Positions 36,746-48,757 of a stretch of 64,000 nt of DNA are shown piece by piece. Location of the stretch: positions 15,882-79,881 of the forward strand of contig NIVC01003731.1 in the NCBI GenBank assembly GCA_002269645.1, written 5' to 3'. Numbering within the stretch: the first letter of the stretch is position 1; every line of letters begins with the position of its first letter. Made by a program: the position numbers and the translations under genes. The DNA is from Macrostomum lignano. Lineage: Eukaryota. The notes below the pieces were generated by a model. The model searched no databases, was not told the origin of the DNA, and saw only the letters and a program-made list of their open reading frames with translations.

Positions 36746-37409
36746 CCACCGTTTCCCTAATCCTGCAGAACTGCAACCTTTCTCCCTTAGCTCCAAAAGA
36801 AAGATCAAATCAGCCTGTCCAAGTCAGTCTAAGTAGTGATCCATGTCTGCAGGCTTGCCTTCCATCTGTTTGCATAGTTTAGCTTGATTGAGTGCGGCAC
36901 CCGTCAATCTGTCTCTGTCCTTCTCTGCATTGTCGCGTGTTCAGACATTCAGCAGTGCAAGTGTAATGCATTGCTGTCATTCCCTGTCTTGAATTGACTT
37001 AATGACATGCTGATAATTACCCAGTGCCCTACAGCAGCACCCGGTACCAGCTGTGGTTGCCCTCTGCCCCGGTGGGAGGGAGGAGTGACATGCGAATACA
37101 ATGCTAGTGTGTCTGGAGTCTAGAGGGGACAAAAAACCCGTTCTGCACTGACTCGCTTGAGCAGCCGTCACGCGTCCTTTGATTGGGGGCTTTCTCACCA
37201 TCTTTCTTTCTACGTTTCTCTCCTAGACTTGGCTTAAAGTAAGAGAACATGTCAATAAACAATTGAGCTTTCGCTTACTTGCTTTTTCATTATCTTCGTA
37301 GGAATGTTCTTAAAAAGTCAGCGGACTAAGGGGCAGCGTAATGGCTTGTAAGGCTAACACGAGTTGGGCAGAGCAGCTCAGCGAAGAGCGCGTCTGTCTC
37401 TCGCGCCTG

Positions 37410-38236
37410 CGAGTAACTAGCTTAGTATCTAGCTAACAGTGAGTAACTAGCTTAGTATCTAGCTATTAGTGAGTAACTAGCCTAGTATCTAGCCAACAGT
37501 GAGTATCTAAGCTCACAGTGAGTGAGCTTAGTATCTAATTCTAGCTATTAGTGAGTAACTAGCTTAGTATCTAGCTAGCAGTGAGTAACTAGCTTAGTAT
37601 CTAGCCAACAGTGAGTAACTAGCTTAGTATCTAATTCTAGCTATTAGTGAGTAACTAGCTTAGTATCAAATTCTAGCTATTAGTGAGTAACTAGCTTAGT
37701 ATCTAATTCTAGCTATTAGTGAGTAACTAGCTTAGTATCTAATTCTAGCTATTAGTGAGTAACTAGCTTAGTATCTAGCTATTAGTGAGTAACTAGCTTA
37801 GTATCTAGCTAACAGTGAGTAACTAGCTTAGTATCTGGCTAGCAGTGAGTAACTAGCTTAGTATCTAGCTAACAGTGAGTAACTAGCTTAGTATCTAGCT
37901 AACAGTGAGTAACTAGCTTAGTATCTGGCTAGCAGTGAGTAACTAGCTTAGTATCTAGCCTACAGTGAGTAACTAGCTTAGTATCTAGACAACAGTGAGT
38001 AACTAGCTTAGTATCTAGCCTACAGTGAGTAACTAGCTTAGTATCTAGCTAACAATGAGTAACTAGCTTAGAATCTAGCCAACAGTGAGTAACTAGCTTA
38101 GAATCTAGCTAACAGTGAGTAACTAGCTTAGAATCTAGCCAACAGTGAGTAACTAGCTTAGTATCTAGCCAACAGTGAGTAACTAGCTTAGAATCTAGCT
38201 AACAGTGAGTAACTAGCTTAGAATCTAGCTAACAGT
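37410..38236. repeat. 30-bp minisatellite AGTGAGTAACTAGCTTAGTATCTAGCTAAC (some 36-bp variants)
   Basis: Direct periodicity. About three inverted units lie at 40296-40385. Confidence 0.96.
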
Positions 38237-39347
38237 GAGTAACTAGCTTAGTATCAAAGTAAAAATTACCAGAAGAGGATAATGATTGTTAAACAAAGCA
38301 ATACATTGAAAAGTACACCTAAAATACAGTTGGCACAGTCAGTTAAAAGTACAAGCCTTATCGCTAGTTGATCATGAGCTGCATCCTTAACTAACTGAAT
38401 GCATCCTTAACAATACAGTAAAGGTATCTCATAACACAGCCAGCTAACTTGTGAGCAAGTATCGGCAGCAAAGGTCGATGAAGGGAGCGTACGCGGCGAT
38501 GCGTAAACACCTGCCCCCATACCCCCTGCCCAGCAGATCGCCATCCCCAAAGCATTAATCACCCATTTTGGCCCAATAGCTCGCTAATGGGGCGTTAATA
38601 TTTTTGGAGCCATTCTTTGCCAACGATCAGCGTTAATATGAATATAGCCAGCTAGCTGGCAGTACTCCGATGGCTAAAGGCTTCTATACTGATCAGCTGG
38701 ACACAATAATGAGCTGCATAGGCTCTCTGGCTGGCAAGCTGACCCATCTAGAGTTACCCGAGAATTCTATTCGCACCATTTCTACCGCTGAAAAATTACC
38801 GCCCAACGGGATCCGGCAGGTGTGAATGACGGCTGTACACAGAGAAAGACGATTCCTCCTACAAGTTAGTTCTATAACAGTTTTTCCTTCCAAACAACTA
38901 GCAGACCTTTTGTTCTCCGCTATCAACTTACAAAGGAAGCCAGCCAGAGAATATGGGACTTGTGTTGCTGGGAGCGATGTAAAAAGGTGAGAAAGGGAGG
39001 AGGAGAGGAAGAAAGAAAGTTTGCAAGCGAGCAGCAGAGAATTGAGCCGTGTGAACGCGCAACACCTGCTTGTTAATCCTCCACCTTCGCGAGTCCGATT
39101 GTAGCGGATATCTAAAAATAGCCTCTCAGGCCAGCAGTTTCCGCTAAGCCGCAGGCAGCGAGATGCGAGAGAGAGAGAGAGAGAGGGAGAGAGAAAAGCC
39201 AGAAACTGAGAGTTGAAAGTTGGCATAAGCCGAAGCGGCGGCTGCCTCGGTGGCAGCGGGGGGCGCTCACTAATTTGCTGTTCCAGTGGCTAACAACCTA
39301 CCTGACACTGCGGCCGCTACTAAGTCAGCTTGTTATTTTCCTATCAG

Positions 39348-39362
39348 ATGCCAATTTCACTG
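39348..39362 (+). CDS. Lar: Candidate 15-nt micro-exon at the meA-equivalent position of Ig2 (adds DANFT)
   Basis: TACTAAG branch-like motif about 25 nt upstream and TTGTTATTTTCCTATCAG| acceptor. ATGCCAATTTCACTG is open in phase 1. The CTG|GTAGCA donor is weak. Confidence 0.4.
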
Positions 39363-39589
39363 GTAGCAGCAGATCCATCATAGGCTGTAGAGTGGCCGAC
39401 TAAAAAGCACCAAAACAAACTTAGCGGTAGTACCGGAGAAGAAGCATTCGAGAGCGAAATAGTGGCTTTCGAAGAAAAAGACGCAATAACGAAATTATGA
39501 CGGGCGAGTAGCCATTGCCAAGTCCGAGATTAGAACATTTATTTACGAGTTTTATTTACAAGTGGCAGAAGGCCTGCTTTTTTGACCGG

Positions 39590-40035
39590 AGGAAATTAGA
39601 AAATAGACACAGGACATATGGGATTCTGGAGGACAGAAAATGGACAAAGGACATTCGGGATTCTGAAGGACATTGGTAAATGGACAAAGGGAATTCGGCA
39701 TTCTGGAGGACTAAGGACAAATGACTCTGGAGGGTAAATGGACAAAGGACATTCAAGGTTCTGTAGGTTATTAGTGATTAGCCAAATGACATTCAGTATA
39801 CTGGAGGACATTGGTGAATGGCCAAAAGGGAATTCGGTATTCTGGAGGACTAAGGACAAATGACTCTGGAGGGTAAATGGACAAAGGACATTCGTGGTTC
39901 TGTAGGATATTGGTAAATGGCCAAATGACATTCGATATACTGGAGGACATTGGTAAATGGCCAAAGCACATTCAATATTCGGGAGGACATTGGTAAACGC
40001 AAAGGACGTTTGGGATCCAAGATACTGGTAGATGA
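39590..40035. repeat. Degenerate repeat of about 39-bp subunits with a 139-bp duplicated block
   Basis: GGGAATTCGG...GGACAAAGGACATTC block at 39689 and 39828. Confidence 0.85.
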
Positions 40036-40295
40036 GTGACCGAAAAGGACTTTTCAAGGTGATCGTGGGACATTTGATGGGAGGTCAACCGATGAAAGCG
40101 AGCATTGCTGGATTCATACGAACACAAACGGGGCCAGTGAAGGTCAATGCCCCACTTTTAATCTGGTAGGGCCATGCCCACCCACTTTTGCTAAGAAAAT
40201 TGATAAACTGGATATTGGCTGGAGGGCAGGAGGGCTGCGGGCACCCAGGCGCCCGCATCTAATCGTCAGGCATGTACACTCTCTGTTCCTTGGGG

Positions 40296-40385
40296 GCTAG
40301 ATACTAAGCTAGTTACTCACTGATAGCTAGAATTAGATACTAAGCTAGTTACTCAATAATAGCTAGATACTAGCTAGTTAATTAG
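40296..40385 (-). repeat. Inverted solo cluster of the 30-bp family from 37410-38236
   Basis: GCTAGATACTAAGCTAGTTACTCACT is a 26-bp perfect reverse complement of the unit. Confidence 0.9.
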
Positions 40386-41332
40386 TCACTTATTCGAACT
40401 TGAGCGTACGTGACACTCAGCTGGGTGTGTGTGCAAAGCATTTGTCACCTCCCCAATGACGTAACGCGCTGTTCTGTAGACCAGCTGACCTTAGCTGGCT
40501 TTCTGAGCACAAACAGGCAAAACGCAAGCAATCGCTAAGCCAGTCTCTGCCCTTCTCGAGCCGGGCCGTGTTTGCGCGCCGACAAGCTGATGTGGGAAAG
40601 CAATTCATTCATTTTGCAACTCGCACTCGAGTACGTAGTATTACCCGCCATGTCCAGAGAGCTGCTCAACCTGACAGATTGCGAACAAATATTTGAGAAG
40701 CAACTCATTCTCAAGCCGCTCGGTCTTTTGCGAGGTGCCGGACTTCGAATGCTTTATGCTTTAATGACCTTGCGGCGAACATCAAACACGTAGGGCTTCC
40801 CTGTTGTGCGACTGCTCTGAGGAAGAGACACAGAAAATGTGGGAATCTGCGACCCCGTCTCTAATGACCTCGGAGAGGGCGGGGCGAGGGCGGGTGACGC
40901 ACCCGATGACATGCTCACGGAATGTCTAAAAATGGCCAGCTACTAACTTGAGAAGGATCTAGCTATATCTACAGCGTCAGCACTAGCATTTTAGCTGCCG
41001 ACACTACCTTGAATCGCTTTTGTCGTTAGCCGCTTCCAATTCTGCTTTTCTATTCAGTTTTATGGGGCTTTATTGGCGCCATTAAATGCTATATCCCGCA
41101 AGGTACTGCTACGATTTTTAAAGCTTAGTTTTACAATCGCGCTTCTAAGATTTTATGACCACTGGGAGTCTGATGAGTTGTGTTAATTTAAAGCCTGTAG
41201 TGAATCTTAATTATCCCGTTAGTTTTTAAACATATTTCAGCTTTAGCTGGTTTGCACTGCGTGGGTTGGATTGCCAGTGTTGTTGATTTCAAGTGCCTCT
41301 ATTTTGGTAGACCCAATGTGGGTATCGGAGCA

Positions 41333-43975
41333 GCTCACTGAAGGACCCGATGGTGGCTCACTGAAGGACCCGATGGTGGCTCACTGAAGGACCCGATGGT
41401 AGCTAACTGAAGGACCCGATGGTGACTCACTGAAGGACCCGATGGTAGCTCACTGAAGGACCCGATGGTAGCTCACTGAAGAACTAGATGGTGACTCACT
41501 AAAGGACCTGGAGCTCACTGAAGGACCCGATAGTGACTCACTGAAGGACCCGATGGTAGCTCACTGAAGGACCCGTTGGTAGCTCACTGAAGGATCCGAT
41601 GGTGACTCACTGAAGGACCCGATGGTAGCTCACTGAAGGACCCGATGGTGACTCACTGAAGGACCCGATGGTAGCTAACTGAAGGACCCGATGGTGACTC
41701 ACTGAAGGACCCGATGGTAGCTCACTGAAGGACCCGATGGTGACTCACTGAAGGACCCGATGGTGACTCACTGAAGGACCCGATGGTAGCTCACTGAAGG
41801 ACCCGATGGTAGCTCACTGAAGGATCCGATGGTAGCTCACTGAAGGACCCGTTGGTAGCTCACTGAAGGATCCGATGGTAGCTCACTGAAGGACCCGTTG
41901 GTAGCTCACTGAAGGATCCGATGGTAGCTCACTGAAGGACCCGTTGGTAGCTCACTGAAGGATCCGATGGTGACTCACTGAAGGACCCGATGGTAGCTCA
42001 CTGAAGGATCCGATGGTGACTCACTGAAGGACCCGATGGTAGCTCACTGAAGGACCCGATGGTAGCTCACTGAAGGACCCGATGGTAGCTCACTGAAGGA
42101 TCCGATGGTGACTCACTGAAGGACCCGATGGTAGCTCACTGAAGGACCCGATGGTAGCTCACTGAAGGACCCGATGGTAGCTCACTGAAGGACCCGATGG
42201 TAGCTCACTGAAGGACCCGATGATAGCTCACTGAAGGATCCGATGGTGACTCACTGAAGGACCCGATGGTGACTCACTGAAGGACCCGATGGTAGCTCAC
42301 TAAAGGACCCGATGGTAGCTCACTAAAGGACCCGATGGTAGCTCACTGAAGGACCCGATGGTAGCTCACTAAAGGACCCGATGGTGACTCACTGAAGGAC
42401 CCGATGGTAGCTCACTAAAGGACCCGATGGTAGCTCACTGAAGGACCCGATGGTAGCTCACTGAAGGACCCGATGGTGACTCACTAAAGGACCCGATGGT
42501 AGCTCACTGAAGGACCCGATGGTAGCTCACTGAAGGACCCGATGGTAGCTCACTGAAGGACCCGATGGTGACCCACTGAAGGACCCGATGGTGACTCACT
42601 GAAGGACCCGATGGTGACTCACTGAAGGACCCGATGGTAGCTCACTGAAGGACCCGATGGTGACTCACTGAAGGACCCGATGGTAGCTCACTGAAGGACC
42701 CGATGGTGACTCACTGAAGGACCCGATGGTAGCTCACTGAAGGACCCGATGGTAGCTCACTGAAGGACCCGATGGTGACTCACTGAAGGACCCGATGGTG
42801 ACTCACTGAAGGACCCGATGGTGACTCACTGAAGGACCCGATGGTAGCTCACTGAAGGACCCGATGGTGACTCACTGAAGGACCCGATGGTAGCTCACTG
42901 AAGGACCCGATGGTGACTCACTGAAGGACCCGATGGTGACTCACTGAAGGACCCGATGGTGACTCACTGAAGGACCCGATGGTGACTCACTGAAGGACCC
43001 GATGGTGACTCACTGAAGGACCCGATGGTAGCTCACTGAAGGACCCGATGGTAGCTCACTGAAGGACCCGATGGTGACTCACTGAAGGACCCGATGGTGA
43101 CTCACTGAAGGACCCGATGGTGACTCACTGAAGGACCCGATGGTAGCTCACTGAAGGACCCGATGGTAGCTCACTGAAGGACCCGATGGTAGCTCACTGA
43201 AGGACCCGATGGTGACTCACTGAAGGACCCGATGGTAGCTCACTGAAGGACCCGATGGTGACTCACTGAAGGACCCGATGGTGACTCACTGAAGGACCCG
43301 ATGGTAGCTCACTGAAGGACCCGATGGTGACTCACTGAAGGACCCGATGGTAGCTCACTGAAGGACCCGATGGTAGCTCACTGAAGGACCCAATGGTAGC
43401 TCACTGAAGGACCCGATGGTAGCTCACTGAAGGACCCGATGGTAGCTCACTGAAGGACCCGATGGTGACTCACTGAAGGACCCGATGGTAGCTCACTGAA
43501 GGACCCGATGGTAGCTCACTGAAGGACCCAATGGTAGCTCACTGAAGGACCCGATGGTAGCTCACTGAAGGACCCGATGGTAGCTCACTGAAGGACCCGA
43601 TGGTAGCTCACTGAAGGACCCAATGGTAGCTCACTGAAGGACCCGATGGTAGCTCACTGAAGGACCCGATGGTAGCTCACTGAAGGACCCAATGGTAGCT
43701 CACTGAAGGACCCGATGGTAGCTCACTGAAGGACCCGATGGTAGCTCACTGAAGGACCTGATGGTGACCCACTGAAGGACACGATGGTAGCCCACTGAAG
43801 GACCCGATGGTAGCTCACTGAAGGACCCGATGGTAGCTCACTGAAGGACCCGATGGTAGCCCACTGAAGGACCCGATGGTAGCCCACTGAAGGACCCGAT
43901 GGTAGCTCACTGAAGGACCCAATTGAGCCCACTGAAGGACCTGATGGAGCCAGCTGAAGGAGCCGGAGCCCACTA
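41333..43975. repeat. 23-bp minisatellite CTCACTGAAGGACCCGATGGT(AG/GA), about 114 copies
   Basis: Highly homogeneous, with two interspersed major variants. Confidence 0.98.
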
Positions 43976-44654
43976 ATGTAACATTTTTGCTATCTTCAAA
44001 CCAGAAAGACGGAGAGTTGACTGCCGCTTTAATTCAACAACATCCATCAACTTGACCCCATATTGGCTAGCATCTTTATCCAACTCTTTCAAACAAGCAG
44101 CCCGAATTTATATCCCTTGTCAGTCTCCCAGGCTTTTTAAGTCTATACGATTTGGGATTTCTCAATCCTAATTACAAACGTCGCTTTGTATTAGTTCCTC
44201 TGTGCACTTTCTCCCCTTGCGTGTCCCTAAATGCTGTACCCATATTGCCATTGAATATCAAAGAGCGACTGAACGTTAAGATGCTCCTTGGCGCTGCCTG
44301 TCTGCCTGTCTGTCTGTCTGCTCCGCTCCGCTTTTTTACTTGATAATTTTGCCCCCCTCCACAGTTTGGTAATCGGAAACCACGCACCGGGGAAGAGGTA
44401 GGCGTTGGGATTCTCTCTTATCTATCTATCCTTTACGCTAGGCGGCCGATATTGATTCCGATCTGCGTCTTTTAGCTCCCGGATCCCCTTCTCTTGCCGC
44501 ATTTCTGCATCAGTATTCATCTCTCTTATCAGCCGCCCACTCAGTTTCATAGCTTCTAGATTAAGAAGCCGATTTCCTTTATTAAATCTATTGACTGAAT
44601 TGCTGAGGGACTTTGTATCATACTCTAGTATCTTGTCCCTGGTCCTTTCTACAC

Positions 44655-45260
44655 TGCCCTGTCTACCCTACCCTATCTACCAGTACCCTATCTACCCTAC
44701 CCTATCTACCCTACCCTATCTACCCTACCCTATCTACCCTACCCTATCTACCCTACCCTATCTACCAGTACCCTATCTACCCTACCTTATCTAAAAAATA
44801 CCCTATCTACCCTACCTTATCTACCAAATATCCTATCTACCCTACCTTATCTACCAAATACCCTTATCTACCCTACCCTATCTACCAGTACCCTATCTAC
44901 CCTACCCTATCTACCAAATACCCTTATCTACCCTACCCTATCTACCAGTACCCTATCTACCCTACCTTATCTACCAAATACCCTTATCTACCCTACCCTA
45001 TCTACCAGTACCCTATCTACCCTACCCTATCTACCAGTACCCTATCTACCCTACCCTATCTACCAGTACCCTATCTACCCTACCTTATCTAACAAATACC
45101 CTATCTACCCTACCTTATCTAACAAATATCCTATCTACCCTACCTTATCTACCAAATACCCTATCTACCAGTACCCTATCTATCAATACCTAATCTATTG
45201 TTACCTATCCACTCTACATTATCTGCCCTACCTTATTTTTCCATAACCCTACCGATACCC
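44655..45260. repeat. 14/15-bp minisatellite CTATCTACCCTACC / CTATCTACCAGTACC with a 60-bp higher-order unit
   Basis: A period of 60 is visible at 44851-45020. Confidence 0.94.
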
Positions 45261-45389
45261 ATAGGGTCATTTTGAGTAGGCCTCACTAAACCCAACAACT
45301 GGTTTCCAGCTCGTACTAATTAAGATTGTATTATGAGCAATGAATAGCTAGCTATCAATCATCCTGACCATCTTCTTTGCCCACCGCAG

Positions 45390-45500
45390 GCGATCTGATA
45401 ATTGCCCAGGCCCTCCCCCAGGACGACGGCAAATACGCGTGCATCGCCAGAAACGTTCATGGCTCTGCAGAGTCCGCCGATGCTCAACTTTACGTTCGAG
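45390..45500 (+). CDS. Lar: LAR-family RPTP exon: C-terminal part of Ig2 (GDLIIAQALPQDDGKYACIARNVHGSAESADAQLYVR)
   Basis: CTGAC branch site, CGCAG| acceptor, GAG|GTGAG donor. 111 nt, phase 1-1, with the D-x-G-x-Y-x-C tyrosine corner and LAR-type LYVR end. Confidence 0.95.
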
Positions 45501-45947
45501 GTGAGACCAAAATCAAATCCGGTTTGTTTATCTAGATCTAGAATTTTGCTAATAGGCTATTTTTTAAAGTCCTTGTTAACAGTTAATTCGTTTTGTGACA
45601 CATTGAGTTCAAATTTTGGCACATCTTTTACACAAAATTGAATCAAAATCTAGTAAGTTTTTTTATAGATTTTAATACTATGATCTTAGCATTGATTGAC
45701 AACTTGCGCTGAGCGTCTTATTTTGCTTATTTTTGTGTTCTTTCAATCAGTTTAATGTGCTCGCCTACATGTTTTGGTTCTGTGTGGTCTTTTCGTGTCT
45801 GTCTGCGCAGAAATTAGTGCAAATTTTGTTATAAAAATTCGGGGAAACCTGCAACCTTAATAGCCAATACAGCAGCCCCTCTCCCTGGGGTTGCTTCACA
45901 GACTAGACTTTTCATAATGCAGAAAATTTAGAAAACATTCTAGCTTC

Positions 45948-47533
45948 TAGTGTCTAGTTTGTGAAGTGTCTAGTTGGTGAAATGTCTTGTTTGTGAAATG
46001 TCTAGTTTGTGAAATGTCTAGCTTGTGAAATATCTAGTTTGTGAAATGTCTAGCTTGTGAAATATCTAGTTTGTGAAATGACTAGTTTGTGAAATTTCTA
46101 GTTTGTGAATAGTCTAGTTTGTGAAATGTCTAGTTTGTGAATAGTCTAGTTTGTGAATTGTCTAGTTTGAGAATTGTCTAGTTTGTGAAATATCAAGTTT
46201 GTGAAATGTCTAGTTTGTGAAGTGTCTAGTTTGTGAATAGTCTAGTTGGTGAAATGACTAGTTTGTGAAATGTCTAGTTTGAGAATTGTCTAGTTTGTGA
46301 AGTGTCTAGTTGGTTAAGTATCTAGTTTGTGAAATATCTAGTTTGTGAAATGTCTAGTTGGTGAAGTGTCTAGTTTGTGAATAGTCTAGTTGGTGAAGTG
46401 TCTAGTTTGAGAATTGTCTAGTTTGTGAATTGTCTAGTTTGAGAATTGTCTAGTTTGTGAAATGTCTAGTTAGTGAAGTGTCTAGTTTGTGAATAGTCTA
46501 GTTGGTGAAGTGTCTAGTTTGAGAATTGTCTAGTTTGTGAATTGTCTAGTTTGTGAAGTGTCTAGTTTGTGAAGTGTCTAGTTTGAGAATTGTCTAGTTT
46601 GAGAATTGTCTAGTTTGTGAAGTATCTAGTTTGTGAAATGTCTAGTTTGTGAAATGTCTAGTTTGTGAAGTGTTTAGTTTGTGAATAGTCTAGTTGGTGA
46701 AGTATCTAGTTTGTGAAATGTCTAGTTGGTGAAGTGTTTAGTTTGTGAATAGTCTAGTTGGTGAAGTATCTAGTTTGTGAAATGTCTAGTTGGTGAAGTG
46801 TTTAGTTTGTGAATAGTCTAGTTGGTGAAGTATCTAGTTTGTGAAATGTCTAGTTTGTGAAATGTCTAGTTTGTGAAATGTCTAGTTTGTGAAATGTCTA
46901 GTTTGTGAAATGTCTAGTTTGTGAAATGTCTAGTTTGTGAAATGTCTAGTTTGTGAAATGTCTAGTTTGTGAAATGTCTAGTTTGTGAAATGTCTAGTTT
47001 GTGAAATGTCTAGTTTGTGAAATGTCTAGTTTGTGAAATGTCTAGTTTGTGAAATGTCTAGTTTGTGAATAGTCTAGTTTGTGAAATGTCTAGTTTGTGA
47101 AATGTCTAGTTTGTGAAATGTCTAGTTTGTGAAATGTCTAGTTGGTGAAATGTCTAGTTTGAGAATTGTCTAGTTGGTGAAGTGTCTAGTTTGTGAAGTG
47201 TCTAGTTTGTGAAATATCTAGTTTGTGAAGTGTCTAGTTTGTGAATAGTCTAGTTGGTGAAATGACTAGTTTGTGAAATGTCTAGTTTGAGAAGTGTCTA
47301 GTTTGTGAAGTGTCTAGTTTGAGAATTGTCTAGTTTGTGAAGTGTCTAGTTTGAGAATTGTCTAGTTTGTGAAGTGTCTAGTTTGAGAATTGTCTAGTTT
47401 GTGAAGTGTCTAGTTTGTGAAGTGTCTAGTTTGTGAATTGTCTAGTTTGAGAATTGTCTAGTTTGTGAAGTGTCTAGTTTGTGAAGTGTCTAGTTTGTGA
47501 AATATCTAGTTTGGGAATAGTCTAGTTTGTGAA
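45948..47533. repeat. 16-bp minisatellite TCTAGTTTGTGAAATG, about 99 copies
   Basis: Direct periodicity with a homogeneous core at about 46850-47070. Confidence 0.98.
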
Positions 47534-48275
47534 GGCGCGTATTTTACAAAGAAAATCGTGACACCCTCCTTCCCCGTTCGATTATGATGTGTTCGTTGTA
47601 ACGTTACTTTTTGTTATTTATACATTAGCTTATATAACTTTGTTCCTACTACGACAATGCGCAGATGATGTAGCACTGGCGTTGGAATGGTTACTAAGGA
47701 ATGGCGGTAATTATCATTGACCTCTGCATCGATACGAATGTGTATGTTTTGTGTGTCTGCTTGTGGTTTTCTAAAAGTGTTTTTTGGCGCACCCCTTACC
47801 GCGTCGCATGAATAGTCTTTGTGTGTGGTCATTGTGTGGTCATTGAGTGGTCATTCACCGGATGCTCCGCGCGGGGATGCATAGCTGCTCACAGCTCTGA
47901 GCTGGAGTGGCCAATTGACACATCGGAAGTGAGCCCTGGGTCTCTGGGGATCTCTGGCTGGGGCTTGACTTAAGCTTTATCTCAGGTAGATTTGTTTAGA
48001 ATTTATGCCAAGTGTGGAAATTACGAACTATGAAAGCTTATAGCATGGCGTGTGGTTTCTAGCTATTAAATAAAAATTATTTTGTATTCTTCAAAATTTT
48101 CCTTCTAGTGCAAGCTTTTCTCAGTCTAATAGTTGGCGTAAGAAAACTTAATAATAGCGTTATTAGCTCAGTTAGTAAATTATGGGTTCATAACCATCAG
48201 GTTCCTGTCTGAGTAAAGCATTTATATGCGTGCATAGCTAGCCATCCAGTTTAAATCCATGATGAAGGCGTTCTC

Positions 48276-48757
48276 AAACCGGAACCGGACAAACCGAAAC
48301 CGGACAAACCGGAACCGGACAAACCGGAACCGGACAAACCGGAACCGGACAAACCGGAACCGGACAAACCGGAACCGGACAAACCGAAACCGGACAAACC
48401 GGAACCGGACAAACCGGAACCGGACAAACCGGAACCGGACAAACCAGAACCGGACAGACCGGAACCGGATAAACCGGAACCGGACAAACCGGAACCGGAC
48501 AAACCGGAACCGGACAAACCAGAACCGGACAGACCGGAACCGGATAAACCGGAACCGGACAAACCGGAACCGGACAAACCGGAAACAGACAAATCGAATC
48601 CGGACAAACCGGAACCGGACAAACCGGAACCGGACAAACCGGAACCGGACAAACCGAAACCAGACAAACCGGGAACGAATAAAACGGAAACGGAAAAACC
48701 GGAACCGGATAAACTGGAAACAGACAAATCGGAACCGGAAAACTGAAACCGGACAAA
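48276..48757. repeat. 15-bp minisatellite AAACCGGAACCGGAC
   Basis: Direct periodicity. ORFs on both strands are repeat read-through. Confidence 0.96.

Noticed and set aside
41170-41177. CTGATGAG hammerhead ribozyme core
   Set aside because: No stem II or GAAA follows at the required spacing.
41333-43975. CRISPR-like appearance of the regular 22-37 bp arrays
   Set aside because: Units are head-to-tail with no unique spacers, there are no cas genes, and the context is a spliceosomal eukaryotic gene.
44365-44397. 33-nt exon-like segment in the meA intron
   Set aside because: Has a stop in the required phase, a weaker donor, and a competing donor after 4 nt. Less convincing than 37227 or 39348.
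48255-48745. KPEPD-repeat reading frame with some synonymous-looking variation
   Set aside because: An in-frame TAA at 48252 follows the only nearby acceptor, there is no start codon or donor, and non-synonymous variants are as common.
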